A DNA stretch of 64,000 nucleotides from a virus, in IMG/VR virus record IMGVR_UViG_3300028024_000003. The stretch is one strand, 5' to 3'. Positions within the stretch are counted from its first letter, which is position 1. Each line of letters begins with the position of its first letter. Shown here piece after piece: positions 45,697 through 54,938 of this stretch. Both the position numbers and the translations under genes were made by a program. The notes beneath the pieces are model-generated. The model was not told the origin of the DNA. It searched no databases and worked only from the letters and a program-made list of their open reading frames with translations.

Positions 45697-46298
45697 AATT
45701 GAACGAGAAAGTGTACAAATACGACGTTATCGTCTACATCGGCCGCTTCGAGCCGTACCACACCGGGCATGACGCGCTGGTCCGGCTGGGCCTTTTGCTG
45801 GGCAAGATTGTCGTCATCGTGCTGGGGTCGGCGGACGAGCCGCGCACCCGAAAGAACCCCCTCGCCGCTCTCGAGCGTGAGATGCTGATGTCGGGCTGCT
45901 TCACCGGCGCGGACCGCGCGCGCCTGCGGTTCGCTGCCGTCGCGGACACGGGAGACAACGAAAGCTGGGTTGCCGACGTTCAAGCCGCTGTCGCTCAGAA
46001 AGCGCCCGGCGCCGCGCGCATCGCACTTCTGGGTCACTTCAAGGACGCATCGAGCTATTACCTCAACCACTTCCCAACCTGGCACCTCGAGAGCGTCTCG
46101 CGCGCAAATGAGCTCGATGCCACGACCGTTCGCAAGGTGATGTTCGACCAGACCCGCACGCTCGAGGCGCGCATCGAGCAGTTGCGCGGCATGGTGCCGG
46201 CTGGCGCCCTTGCCTTCCTCGAGCAGTGGATGTCGACGGATGACTTCCGCGCACTTGCCGAGAAGGAAGTCGCAGTGCCGACGAGTGCGCAAGTATGA
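45693..46298 (+). CDS. NMN adenylyltransferase (NadM-type, no NUDIX domain)
   Basis: IGRFEPYHTGH, LGSAD, KNPL..ERE, DSSSYYL-like and ATTVR segments. Confidence 0.85.
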   Translation: MKLNEKVYKYDVIVYIGRFEPYHTGHDALVRLGLLLGKIVVIVLGSADEPRTRKNPLAALEREMLMSGCFTGADRARLRFAAVADTGDNESWVADVQAAVAQKAPGAARIALLGHFKDASSYYLNHFPTWHLESVSRANELDATTVRKVMFDQTRTLEARIEQLRGMVPAGALAFLEQWMSTDDFRALAEKEVAVPTSAQV

Positions 46299-46429
46299 GC
46301 TGGCTCAAGCGTCTTTTCTGTGAACACCTCTGGCAGCGTTACGGTAGCGGCTATGACAGCCTGGTCCGGTGCCCCCGCTGCGACACCGTCAAGGATGAAG
46401 AGCCGGGCGATGTCTCATCGCTGGATTGA
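46295..46429 (+). CDS. 44-aa Zn-finger-like protein missed by the ORF track
   Basis: MSWLKRLFCEHLW...CPRC; ATGA overlap. Confidence 0.55.
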   Translation: MSWLKRLFCEHLWQRYGSGYDSLVRCPRCDTVKDEEPGDVSSLD

Positions 46430-46442
46430 AAGAGGCTCCGCT

Positions 46443-46449
46443 CTATACC
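46443..46449 (+). promoter_or_regulatory. CTATACC element
   Basis: 38 nt upstream of ATG 46488. Confidence 0.5.
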
Positions 46450-46487
46450 GATTGCAGTAGTTCAATCCACATAGAGAGGAAAAAATC

Positions 46488-46841
46488 ATGTCCAGCACGA
46501 CGAACGCAGTGAACGCAGCACGTAACGAATCTCTCGATAAAGAAGTCGCTTTTCGCGCAAAGCTCGGCCAGACGCAGGTGACGTTCGCGCGACTCAAGGA
46601 GATGATTCGTGAACTCGGCTATGCCTTCGACCTGAGCATGTCGTGCAAGAGCATTGCGCGCTACATGACGGGCGACCGCGCGGGCGAGTCCTACCCGGCC
46701 AATTCGCTCTATCCGCGCCAAATCGACGACGGCAGGTCGTACGCCCACATCGAAGCCCGCCGCGACGCCAACTTCGACCGGCTGAAGGAAATCCGCAACA
46801 CGTATTTCGCGGTGCACGGCGGATATATCTACGAGTGGTGA
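46488..46841 (+). CDS. Hypothetical protein
   Basis: GAGAGG RBS; terminator at 46863-46895. Confidence 0.75.
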   Translation: MSSTTNAVNAARNESLDKEVAFRAKLGQTQVTFARLKEMIRELGYAFDLSMSCKSIARYMTGDRAGESYPANSLYPRQIDDGRSYAHIEARRDANFDRLKEIRNTYFAVHGGYIYEW

Positions 46842-46922
46842 TTGCTGTAACTCGCATGTCTCAAAGCCTCCCGCCTTGCGCAGGAGGCTTTCCTTTTGCG
46901 GACTCAAGAGTGTGCCGTCGCT

Positions 46923-46929
46923 CTATACG
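46923..46929 (+). promoter_or_regulatory. CTATACG element
   Basis: After terminator; 35 nt upstream of ATG 46965. Confidence 0.6.
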
Positions 46930-46964
46930 CAAAGGCAGCGTCTGCTGTTTTCTGAGGACATACC

Positions 46965-47249
46965 ATGACTACACGATTGACCCACGAGCAGGTTACCGCA
47001 CTACTCAAAGACGCACCCGTCCATCGCTTTGGCTCGCCGGCCCTGACGGACATCCACCGCAAACGCGATGAACGCAACCGTTACACGCACTATCAGGCCT
47101 ACGTGGTGTTTCACCCCGGAGTCCGCGGCGGTCCGAGTCATCACACGCTGAACGTTACATACGTAGGCCAGCTCGTGCCGGACATGTACGACATCGAGAA
47201 GGACTGGTTGCTGGCCGCCCAGCCTCATCTGAACACGGGTGCGAGCTAA
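46965..47249 (+). CDS. Hypothetical protein
   Basis: GAGGA RBS; terminator at 47283-47308. Confidence 0.7.
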   Translation: MTTRLTHEQVTALLKDAPVHRFGSPALTDIHRKRDERNRYTHYQAYVVFHPGVRGGPSHHTLNVTYVGQLVPDMYDIEKDWLLAAQPHLNTGAS

Positions 47250-47328
47250 CCACGTTACTCAAAAGGAAAACACCCTCTCAATGCAGCCCCTATTCGGGCT
47301 GCTTTTTCATGTGCATTAGAGGGCCGAG

Positions 47329-47335
47329 CTATACG
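47329..47335 (+). promoter_or_regulatory. CTATACG element
   Basis: 20 nt after terminator; 40 nt upstream of ATG 47376. Confidence 0.6.
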
Positions 47336-47375
47336 AAAGAGCAGCAATTCGCTGTTCTATTCGAGGAAACACACG

Positions 47376-48044
47376 ATGTCATATCAGACCAACCTCTTCA
47401 CGCTCATCGACACGGCCGACGACCGGGGCAGGGTTCACTTCACCGCGCGCGAGCCAATGCGCACCAAGGAGCAGGCGCGGGACTTTCTTGGAAGCATGTT
47501 CATGGATTTCCCGCTACTTACCGTTCGGCTTGACTCTGTGAAGAAAGCCATCACTGAAGTCGACTTGGAATTGAGCCCCATCGAGGGCGCCACGGTGCTC
47601 AGCGTGAATCTCGCTAAGGTTCTTTTGCTGCCTTCGGTATCGCCGGCCGCTGAGCTGACGGAGTTCCGCGAAATGCTTCTCGCCATGAAGGCGTTTTTCG
47701 AAGCCCACGAGACCGAGCGCGTCGACGTCCAGATTGTGAACAACCGCGACCGCAACAAGCGCGTGTTCGGAGACATCTCCTGCCGCGTGCCGACCGACGA
47801 GCACAAGATGACGAGCGATGAAGCGGCGACCGCGGCCCTCAACGCCCGAATCGAAGCAAGCCCCGCACTCAGCCACTGGCTGCGGCAGGTCGCACTTTCG
47901 CTAGGAAGAATCGGCCCGTGGTCGTGGACTGTCATTCGCGGCGACGAGCTGTTTGGCTACGGGGAAAGCCCGTATTTCAAGTGGCGGGAGAAGCAGCCCC
48001 GCGTGCCGAGCGAACCGGAAAAGCTCCGCGTGCTCGACGTCTAG
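47376..48044 (+). CDS. Hypothetical protein
   Basis: GAGGA RBS; own terminator. Confidence 0.75.
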   Translation: MSYQTNLFTLIDTADDRGRVHFTAREPMRTKEQARDFLGSMFMDFPLLTVRLDSVKKAITEVDLELSPIEGATVLSVNLAKVLLLPSVSPAAELTEFREMLLAMKAFFEAHETERVDVQIVNNRDRNKRVFGDISCRVPTDEHKMTSDEAATAALNARIEASPALSHWLRQVALSLGRIGPWSWTVIRGDELFGYGESPYFKWREKQPRVPSEPEKLRVLDV

Positions 48045-48069
48045 GCAAACCGGACGAGCCTCTACCCTC

Positions 48070-48102
48070 ACCTCCACGGACAGCGATGTCGTGGAGGTTT
48101 TT
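48070..48102 (+). terminator. Terminator, repeated family T1
   Basis: acctccacg...cgtggaggt-tttt; similar to 50140 and 54957. Confidence 0.75.
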
Positions 48103-48358
48103 GCCTCGTCGTCAGGCGGCGGTATCCGGCGTCACCGCAATGGCCGCACTGAGTTGTGCCTTGTAGGCCGCGTCCATGACATAAAGGTTTCCGACAAGCT
48201 CTCGGAAGAAGGTTGTGATATAGCGCATGAATTTTGGTCCTGAGAAGCGGCAGAGTAAGTTCTTACACAGCAGCTGGTTAATATACCGTAAATCAATCGT
48301 AAGTCAATTATACTGAGCAATACAATTACGCGCTAAGCGCGCCGATTTGCAGCCAATC

Positions 48359-50116
48359 ATGACAAGAACAACGCTCAAACATTCCTTGCTGGCCCTGGCG
48401 CTGGCGCTCACCTCCGTTGGTGCATCTGCCGCCAACTATTTCGTTGTTGTCCCCGTGCCCGGTCACACGACGGCGACCGATTCCATCGGCGTAACGCTCA
48501 ATGCGGCCACGTTGCCTCAGGGTGTCGTGGGCGAGCCGTATCCGGGCGCGGACCTACGGAGCCTGCTGTCGGTCACCGGCGACCCGGCTTTCTCCGGCTA
48601 TGGCCTGAAGTGGAGTCTTGCGTCGGGCGACCTGCCGGCCGGGCTGACGCTCCAGAGCAATGGGACCATCAGCGGCACACCGACAGCTAGTGGCTCTGCG
48701 CCGTTTTCGGTGAGGGTCACCTACAAGACGAAAAGTGGCGCGCAAACCTATCGCATTGTCGTGGTCGAAATCACGGTGAGCCTCGACAGCGCCACCCTTC
48801 CCTCCGCGCGGCTGCGCAGAGCGTACGCGCCGTATGACTTCAAGACCAAGCTGCACGTCGACAACGACCCCGCGTATGACGCGAGCAAGGTGAGCTTCGA
48901 TGCCACGGGACTGCCGGATGGCTTGAGCCTGTCCCCGGATGGCCTGTTGAGCGGCACGCCGACCACCGAGACCGACGCTGGAGCCTCGTTCCAGGTCGTC
49001 GCCAGCTACAAGGACAAGACGGGTCAGCAGGTGTACACGCTGACCGTGAATGGCGTATCCGTCAATGCGGTGCAGATTGCGCCCGGCGGACACCACACCT
49101 GCATTGTGACGCCCAGCGGTGGCGTGCAGTGCTGGGGCTATAACGGCTTTGGCCAGCTCGGCAATGGCGGCACAGCCGACAGCCTGGTGCCCGTCGACGT
49201 AGTGGGTCTGCCAGCGGGTAGCATCACGAACCTCTCCGCCGGTTACTTCCATACGTGCGCGGCAATCAATGGCGCCGCAGTTTGCTGGGGCGCGAATAAT
49301 TACGGCCAGCTCGGCAACAACTCCGCGTCGAACAGCAGCTTTCCGGTTCAGGTAAGTGGATTGGCCTCCGGCGTCTCGAACATCGCGTCGGGCTACTATC
49401 ACACCTGCGCAACCGTCAATGGCGCGGCGAAATGCTGGGGGCTCAACGGAAACTATCAATTGGGCAACAACAGCACGACGAACAGCGCTGTGCCAGTCCA
49501 GGTGAGCGGACTGACCTCCGGAGTCAGCATCGTTGCGGGCACCTGGTACCACACCTGCGCGACCGTAGCCGGCGCGCTCAAGTGCTGGGGCGCGGGAAAT
49601 AGTGGTCAACTGGGTAACGGCTCGACGAACCAGAGCGGCGTGCCGGTTCAGGTAAGCGGACTGACATCCGGCGTCACCAGCTTCGCGCTCGGAGCAAACT
49701 TCACGTGCGCGGTGGTCAACGGTGCCGCCAGCTGCTGGGGCCTCAACAACGCTGGGCAGCTCGGCAATGGCACTACGACAAACAGCAACGTCCCCGTCCC
49801 CGTGAGCGGACTGGGCGCGGGCGTCACAAACATCACGGCCGGCAACATTCATGCTTGCGCGGCTGCGTCCGGCGCGGCTAAGTGCTGGGGGTACAGCAAC
49901 CATGGCCAGGTCGGCAACAACAGCACGGCCAATACGCTTCTGCCCACGACCGTCATCGGGCTTGCGACAGGCGTCTCACGTGTGTTGGCCGGCTACTACT
50001 TCAACTGCGCGCAGGTCGGCACCGGTGTGAAGTGCTGGGGTGACAACACAAACGGGCAGCTCGGCGACACGACACTCGACGACCGATGGGTGCCGGTGAG
50101 CGCGCTGGCCCCCTGA
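48359..50116 (+). CDS. Secreted protein: two putative Ig (He_PIG-like) repeats plus RCC1/BLIP-II beta-propeller
   Basis: Signal peptide; LPxGLxL...GxxSGTPT repeats; about seven HTC...GxxxCWGxNxxGQLG repeats. Confidence 0.88.
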   Translation: MTRTTLKHSLLALALALTSVGASAANYFVVVPVPGHTTATDSIGVTLNAATLPQGVVGEPYPGADLRSLLSVTGDPAFSGYGLKWSLASGDLPAGLTLQSNGTISGTPTASGSAPFSVRVTYKTKSGAQTYRIVVVEITVSLDSATLPSARLRRAYAPYDFKTKLHVDNDPAYDASKVSFDATGLPDGLSLSPDGLLSGTPTTETDAGASFQVVASYKDKTGQQVYTLTVNGVSVNAVQIAPGGHHTCIVTPSGGVQCWGYNGFGQLGNGGTADSLVPVDVVGLPAGSITNLSAGYFHTCAAINGAAVCWGANNYGQLGNNSASNSSFPVQVSGLASGVSNIASGYYHTCATVNGAAKCWGLNGNYQLGNNSTTNSAVPVQVSGLTSGVSIVAGTWYHTCATVAGALKCWGAGNSGQLGNGSTNQSGVPVQVSGLTSGVTSFALGANFTCAVVNGAASCWGLNNAGQLGNGTTTNSNVPVPVSGLGAGVTNITAGNIHACAAASGAAKCWGYSNHGQVGNNSTANTLLPTTVIGLATGVSRVLAGYYFNCAQVGTGVKCWGDNTNGQLGDTTLDDRWVPVSALAP

Positions 50117-50139
50117 GAATGCATCAATGCTTTGCCTGG

Positions 50140-50173
50140 ACCTCCGCGTGCTGACTGACGCGGAGGTTTTCTT
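50140..50173 (+). terminator. Terminator, repeated family T1
   Basis: acctccgcgt/acgcggaggt-tttctt; compensatory G-C pair relative to the other copies. Confidence 0.75.
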
Positions 50174-50258
50174 GCGACGAAGGCCGGCGAAGTCCCGTAA
50201 ACTTTCACCCATCAACGCGCAGGCGACCGACATCACAAGGAAAGACTTGACCCCTTAC

Positions 50259-50720
50259 ATGCCCGATAGCGCTCGAGCCGCGATGCCGGCGAGTGCAATT
50301 CAACCGCTCCCACCCTACCTTCGCTCCGACTTTGCTCAAAGCCTTGAGCGTAGCCGGCCGCACGAACTCGTTGACCGATTTGCTGGCGGCAAGCTTACCT
50401 CCCCGAACCGGTGCTCAACGCTGCAATACCGGTATCTCGACACGGGCGAAACGGTCACCGTACCGAACATCTGGTACAACCAGACCCTTGGTATGCGAGT
50501 CGATTACTGGGCCTGGCACTTAGACAACGTGCGCGAGCAGCTCGAGCGCGCGCGGCGGCAACTCGACTGGGTGCAGGACTGTGCCGATGACCGATTCCTC
50601 GGGCGGCCGAAAGACCAGGCGCACCGCGCAGCACAAGCCCAGGTGACCGCGATGGCAGAGCAGCTCGATAAGGCTACGGCCCTGCTCGATGATGTCCGGT
50701 CTGGCCGGCGCTTCGCTTGA
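50259..50720 (+). CDS. Hypothetical protein
   Basis: ORF after terminator; start uncertain. Confidence 0.6.
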   Translation: MPDSARAAMPASAIQPLPPYLRSDFAQSLERSRPHELVDRFAGGKLTSPNRCSTLQYRYLDTGETVTVPNIWYNQTLGMRVDYWAWHLDNVREQLERARRQLDWVQDCADDRFLGRPKDQAHRAAQAQVTAMAEQLDKATALLDDVRSGRRFA

Positions 50721-50758
50721 CCGCATCGCGGCACGCTCCACGAACTTGCCTCCTCGAG

Positions 50759-50765
50759 CTATACG
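50759..50765 (+). promoter_or_regulatory. CTATACG element
   Basis: 33 nt upstream of ATG 50799. Confidence 0.6.
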
Positions 50766-50798
50766 GCTGAAGGAACCGTTCAATCACTGGAGGAAAAT

Positions 50799-51866
50799 AT
50801 GTCGACCAACTGGGAAGAGATTCGCAAACGCCACAAGAACTATTCGATGCCCGCGCCGGATGAAACCGGACCAGCCCGAATTCTCGATAAGCTCGCGGGC
50901 CTAGGCCTCACAGGCATCGAAAAGGAAGGGCTGGTGCGTCTCGTGCAGCCGGATACAGCAAACACCGGGTTCATTTTCCTGGTCACTGCGACCGAGCTGT
51001 TCGGCGAAGACCCGATGCAGCGCGATGAGCTGGAATTCGCTGAGCGTCGTGGCACGTCCGAGTCGTGGCAGACCATCGCTCTTGACCACTTCAGCCGGAA
51101 GGTTGCGATGTGGCAGGAAGTCGACAACGACTTTTTTGGACTTCACGCCTATCTGCTTGTCGTGGACCTGGATGGCTGGCTTCACAAGCCGGGCAACCAG
51201 GAAGTCGCTGTCCGGCTGTTTCATGACGTGCGTGGTGTTCGAAAAATCGCGTGCTCGCCGAAGGACGTGGCTTCGATTCTGGTCAATCCGTTCGGCGCGC
51301 CGCGCGTGTCGGATAAGCTGGCCCGATTCGATATTCAGCGAATGGACCCGCACAGCTTCGAGCCGCCCGTTCGTGATTTCGTCACTACGGTCACTCATCC
51401 GTTTGTCCAGGTGCCCAATACGGAGGTCTGGCTTCAGAAGCTCGTGGACCATCCGGAAGCTGAGCGCGTCGCTGCGCTTGCCAACACGCTCGTGCGCCGC
51501 GTAATGGGTGCAGAGTACGAGCTGTATGCGAGTCGTCTGGAGGTGATACTCGACCGCAATGGCCGGCGCACGCCGATGCCTTGGTTCATGCTGGGCATGG
51601 GCGAGCAGTACGCGCTCTCGTTCTGCGTGTATCTAGCACTCGCGTTCGAGGATACGTCCATGCCCGCTTCGCAGATGTGGCTGGGTATGACCGATGCCAT
51701 GAACTATCTGGACTTGTCGCACTACATACTCGCGCTCGATGTGCTGCGCGACTTCGTGATAGCCACGGGAGCGAATGCATATGTGCGGACCAACAAGGAG
51801 AACTATCGCGAGTTTGCCAAAAAGAAGCTGGAAAAAGCCGTCGCATGCCGGCTGGCGATGACCTGA
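50799..51866 (+). CDS. Hypothetical protein with degenerate SbcC/Rad50-like C-terminus
   Basis: GGAGG RBS; LGMGEQYALSF...LALA and MTDAMNYLD echo the ABC signature and Walker B/D-loop. Confidence 0.7.
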   Translation: MSTNWEEIRKRHKNYSMPAPDETGPARILDKLAGLGLTGIEKEGLVRLVQPDTANTGFIFLVTATELFGEDPMQRDELEFAERRGTSESWQTIALDHFSRKVAMWQEVDNDFFGLHAYLLVVDLDGWLHKPGNQEVAVRLFHDVRGVRKIACSPKDVASILVNPFGAPRVSDKLARFDIQRMDPHSFEPPVRDFVTTVTHPFVQVPNTEVWLQKLVDHPEAERVAALANTLVRRVMGAEYELYASRLEVILDRNGRRTPMPWFMLGMGEQYALSFCVYLALAFEDTSMPASQMWLGMTDAMNYLDLSHYILALDVLRDFVIATGANAYVRTNKENYREFAKKKLEKAVACRLAMT

Positions 51867-51998
51867 TTCGACGTTCATTTGACTCTACCGCGGCCTTCAT
51901 GGTCGCGGTTTCTTCGTCTGCAGCCGGGACTGATTGGCCAGCGGCGCGCATGAAAATGCCCCACATCTTGAACAGATGCGGGGCGAAGAGATTCGAGT

Positions 51999-52292
51999 TC
52001 ACATCCCTGCGGATGCCAACGCGCTAGTCACTTTCAGAATTTCACCGTGAGAGACCGTCCGCAGCATTTCGGAGCGGCCACGCTTGATGTACTCGTTCAC
52101 CGACATTTCTCGCCAGTCGGGATGCGGTTTATCGTTGGTGAGCGACCATTGGTGATTGGGGCTTTCGCGCCGGAGCACGTAGACGCCTATCGAGCAATGC
52201 AGCCCAAGCCCATAAAACTTCTCGGCGACGATTTTGACTTCGGAGCCATCGTCTCGTTGAATAATTTGCGTGATTTTTCCCGGTGTGTCCAT
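51999..52292 (-). CDS. Hypothetical protein
   Basis: ATG 52292; TTATACG variant at 52339-52345 upstream. Confidence 0.65.
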   Translation of the reverse strand: MDTPGKITQIIQRDDGSEVKIVAEKFYGLGLHCSIGVYVLRRESPNHQWSLTNDKPHPDWREMSVNEYIKRGRSEMLRTVSHGEILKVTSALASAGM

Positions 52293-52480
52293 TGTCTGAT
52301 TCTCAGGTTGCCTTGCAGATGGATTTGACCTACCTACCCGTATAAGCACACCGCCCGAGGTAGCCCAACTAGGCCGCCCAATGTGATGTTTAAATGATAT
52401 ACTAATACCGTTTATTGTATATTTTGCCAATCTGGCCCGCGAGTGTACCGGTCGGCGGTGCCGGACTGCATCAAATTTCC

Positions 52481-52487
52481 CTATACG
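52481..52487 (+). promoter_or_regulatory. CTATACG element
   Basis: 30 nt upstream of ATG 52518. Confidence 0.6.
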
Positions 52488-52517
52488 CCTCCAGGACACA
52501 TCACATCTGGAGAAAGT

Positions 52518-53153
52518 ATGGAAACCATTGGCTATCACGGCACGAAAGTCGATTTCGACGCCTTCGAGTCGGGCACTTTTTCAATCGACCGCATGGTCGG
52601 GCCGCACTTCTCGAAGACGCCGGCGCTCGCCAACAAATTCGCCCTGAGAAATCCCGGGCGAAAGGGTCACGGTAAGCGCACGGGCGGCCGGGTTATTCCG
52701 GTGCGGCTCGCGGGCGAAATCTACAAACTTAACCAGCATTTCGTCGATTTTCCCGGTGCGACCTGCATGTTGTCGCATCCGGAAACGGGCGGACATGTCG
52801 CGTTTGTGGGTGCGGACTATCACGCGTTGGCACATGACATCGGCAAGATTGCATTGACCGAGCGTCCTGACCTGCTCGCGCGGTATGCCGCCATCCGGGG
52901 GCATGACAGCCCGCAAGCCTGCCTCGAGATGATGACGTCGGCGAAGGACTGGCCGCGCGTGAGCATGCTCAAGGCCGAAGGTGCTGAGCTGCAGCTTATG
53001 ACGGACATCGCGCAGGCATACCGCGACATCCTGGTGGCCCGCGGTTATGGGGTCATCGAGTACGTGAATACGGCGAAGAAGGAACAGGTAGGCGACCTCG
53101 CCGACCAGACCTGCTACATCGCGCTGATGCAGCCACGCTTTTTCTATGAATGA
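52518..53153 (+). CDS. ADP-ribosyltransferase-like protein (ART-PolyVal type)
   Basis: YHGT..F..F, GPHFS...A..FA, GRVIPVRL, late EY strand. Confidence 0.6.
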   Translation: METIGYHGTKVDFDAFESGTFSIDRMVGPHFSKTPALANKFALRNPGRKGHGKRTGGRVIPVRLAGEIYKLNQHFVDFPGATCMLSHPETGGHVAFVGADYHALAHDIGKIALTERPDLLARYAAIRGHDSPQACLEMMTSAKDWPRVSMLKAEGAELQLMTDIAQAYRDILVARGYGVIEYVNTAKKEQVGDLADQTCYIALMQPRFFYE

Positions 53154-53177
53154 CACTATTTTTTGGAGGATAACCCG

Positions 53178-53714
53178 ATGAACACGAAACAGACCGAGAA
53201 GGCAATTCTGCTGAGCACGCGTCTTGGCGCACTCAACGCGGCGCAGCTCGCGCATCACTACGTGTTGCGTGTGGCGGTGCATAGCTGCCTCGCGGCGCGC
53301 GATTCGCTCACTGAACCGGAACTGGGTCTCGTGAAGTCGTGCCGCGGCCGGCTCAAGGAAGTCGAAACCCTGACCTCCTCGCAGGAAAAGTGGCTGCTCG
53401 ACATCGCCGCGCGCTCGACGGACGAAATCTCCGAAGAAATCGACCGGCTCATCCAGCGCTGGGCAAGTGGCAACTGGGACGGCGAGCATCCGACCTATCC
53501 GCGTTCGGACTGGCCGCTGCGCGACGCCAAGGGCCTCAAGCCCACGGCGTACTGGCACTGGGCGCTCTCGCAAATCGAGGCGCACGGTGGCAGCGACGAA
53601 CACTGTGACGAATGCGGCGCGCAGCTGGACGGAGAAGGCTGGGATGGCCTGTGTGGCAGTTGCGCGGACCGCGTCGAAAGCGGCGAAGTCACGCGCGAAG
53701 AACTGCACATGTAA
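53178..53714 (+). CDS. Hypothetical protein, paralog A, with C-terminal Zn ribbon
   Basis: GGAGG RBS; QEKWLLDIA, GEHPTYPRSDWP; CxxC...CxxC. Confidence 0.75.
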   Translation: MNTKQTEKAILLSTRLGALNAAQLAHHYVLRVAVHSCLAARDSLTEPELGLVKSCRGRLKEVETLTSSQEKWLLDIAARSTDEISEEIDRLIQRWASGNWDGEHPTYPRSDWPLRDAKGLKPTAYWHWALSQIEAHGGSDEHCDECGAQLDGEGWDGLCGSCADRVESGEVTREELHM

Positions 53715-53746
53715 GCCCGGACAACGAGATAAAACGGAGGAAGAAA

Positions 53747-54190
53747 ATGGGAATTGACTTCACGAAGCTGAACGACCCGGTGTGGCGCGAGAAGATGCGT
53801 CAGGAGCGCGAAGCAGAGGAGGCGAAAGCTGCTGTGCACGAGAAGATGTTGCGCCGTGAGCTCAACATCTGTCTCGAAGCCTGTGAAACGCTCGAATCCA
53901 ATAAGCGTAGCCTGGTGCGCAACTGCCAGACCCGACTGAACACGTATCTGCCGCTCTCAGAGAAGCAGGAATCGTGGCTGCTCGACATCGCGAAGAAGGT
54001 CCGCAAGGACCTTGACTTGAAGGTCAAGGCGCTCGTCGAGAAACACGCCAACGGCGATGAATCCGGCGAGCACCGCAGCTACCCGCGCAGCGACTGGCCG
54101 CTGGCTCAGGAATGCGTTGACAGCCCGCGCGACTACTGGTTCTGGGTCCTGCGCCTGGTGACGGTCTACGGTGATGAGGTGTCGGCATGA
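53747..54190 (+). CDS. Hypothetical protein, paralog B
   Basis: GGAGG RBS; QESWLLDIA, GEHRSYPRSDWP. Confidence 0.75.
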   Translation: MGIDFTKLNDPVWREKMRQEREAEEAKAAVHEKMLRRELNICLEACETLESNKRSLVRNCQTRLNTYLPLSEKQESWLLDIAKKVRKDLDLKVKALVEKHANGDESGEHRSYPRSDWPLAQECVDSPRDYWFWVLRLVTVYGDEVSA

Positions 54191-54552
54191 ACTTTGTCGC
54201 TGAAGTCTGGCTGGAGTGGCCTATCTGCCGCGGCGCAACGATGTTTCGCGCCACGGCGCGCAGTCAGGCTCGTGCTCTCGTGAAAGCGAAGCTGCGTGCG
54301 AAGCTGCTCGACCTGCTTTTGCCCAAGTCGTATCCGGGTGAAGACTGGAGCGGCCGCCCCGTGCGCTACTCGTACGACTTCGGCATTCTGTACGGCGTGC
54401 GCAAGCCCACCGCGCAGGAAGCGGAGGTTGGCGTGGTGCCTATCTGGACCACGATTCTGCCTGGGTATCAGGGTCACGCTGGTGAGAACGCCAGGTCGCA
54501 TCCGGTGGTTGGCGATTTGGCGCTGCTCGCCGGCGAAGGGCTCAAGATTTAA
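54187..54552 (+). CDS. Hypothetical protein
   Basis: ATGA overlap with upstream gene. Confidence 0.65.
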   Translation: MNFVAEVWLEWPICRGATMFRATARSQARALVKAKLRAKLLDLLLPKSYPGEDWSGRPVRYSYDFGILYGVRKPTAQEAEVGVVPIWTTILPGYQGHAGENARSHPVVGDLALLAGEGLKI

Positions 54553-54566
54553 TCAGGGAGAATCGC

Positions 54567-54938
54567 ATGTCGAAGTTATCGGGTTATCCCGCGGAACAGC
54601 AGCCTCGTATCAAGTCTTTGTTCACCCGGCTTCTCGAGCTCAAGGTGAACAAAGGCAAGGTTGGAGAATCTGATGCCGCCATCAAGGCAGCGATGCCCTC
54701 GACGTTCATGGAGGCTTGCCAGGTGGTCGTCACCGTGGACGCGTGTATGTCGCGGCTGTCGCACTATCCGGAAGCCGACCAGCGCCGTATCCGCACACTC
54801 GCCGAGCAGCTCATCGAAGGTCAAATCATCAGCGGCCAGGTTGCCGCCACCGAGGACGCAGTCCAGACTGCAACGCGAGTGGCAGTCAACGACGCACGCC
54901 AGGTTGTGGTCGCCGTCGACGAATACCTCTGCGGCTGA
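54567..54938 (+). CDS. Hypothetical protein made of two ~60-aa repeats
   Basis: LSGYP..Q.RI...QVVVTVD and LSHYP..Q.RI...QVVVAVD. Confidence 0.75.
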   Translation: MSKLSGYPAEQQPRIKSLFTRLLELKVNKGKVGESDAAIKAAMPSTFMEACQVVVTVDACMSRLSHYPEADQRRIRTLAEQLIEGQIISGQVAATEDAVQTATRVAVNDARQVVVAVDEYLCG

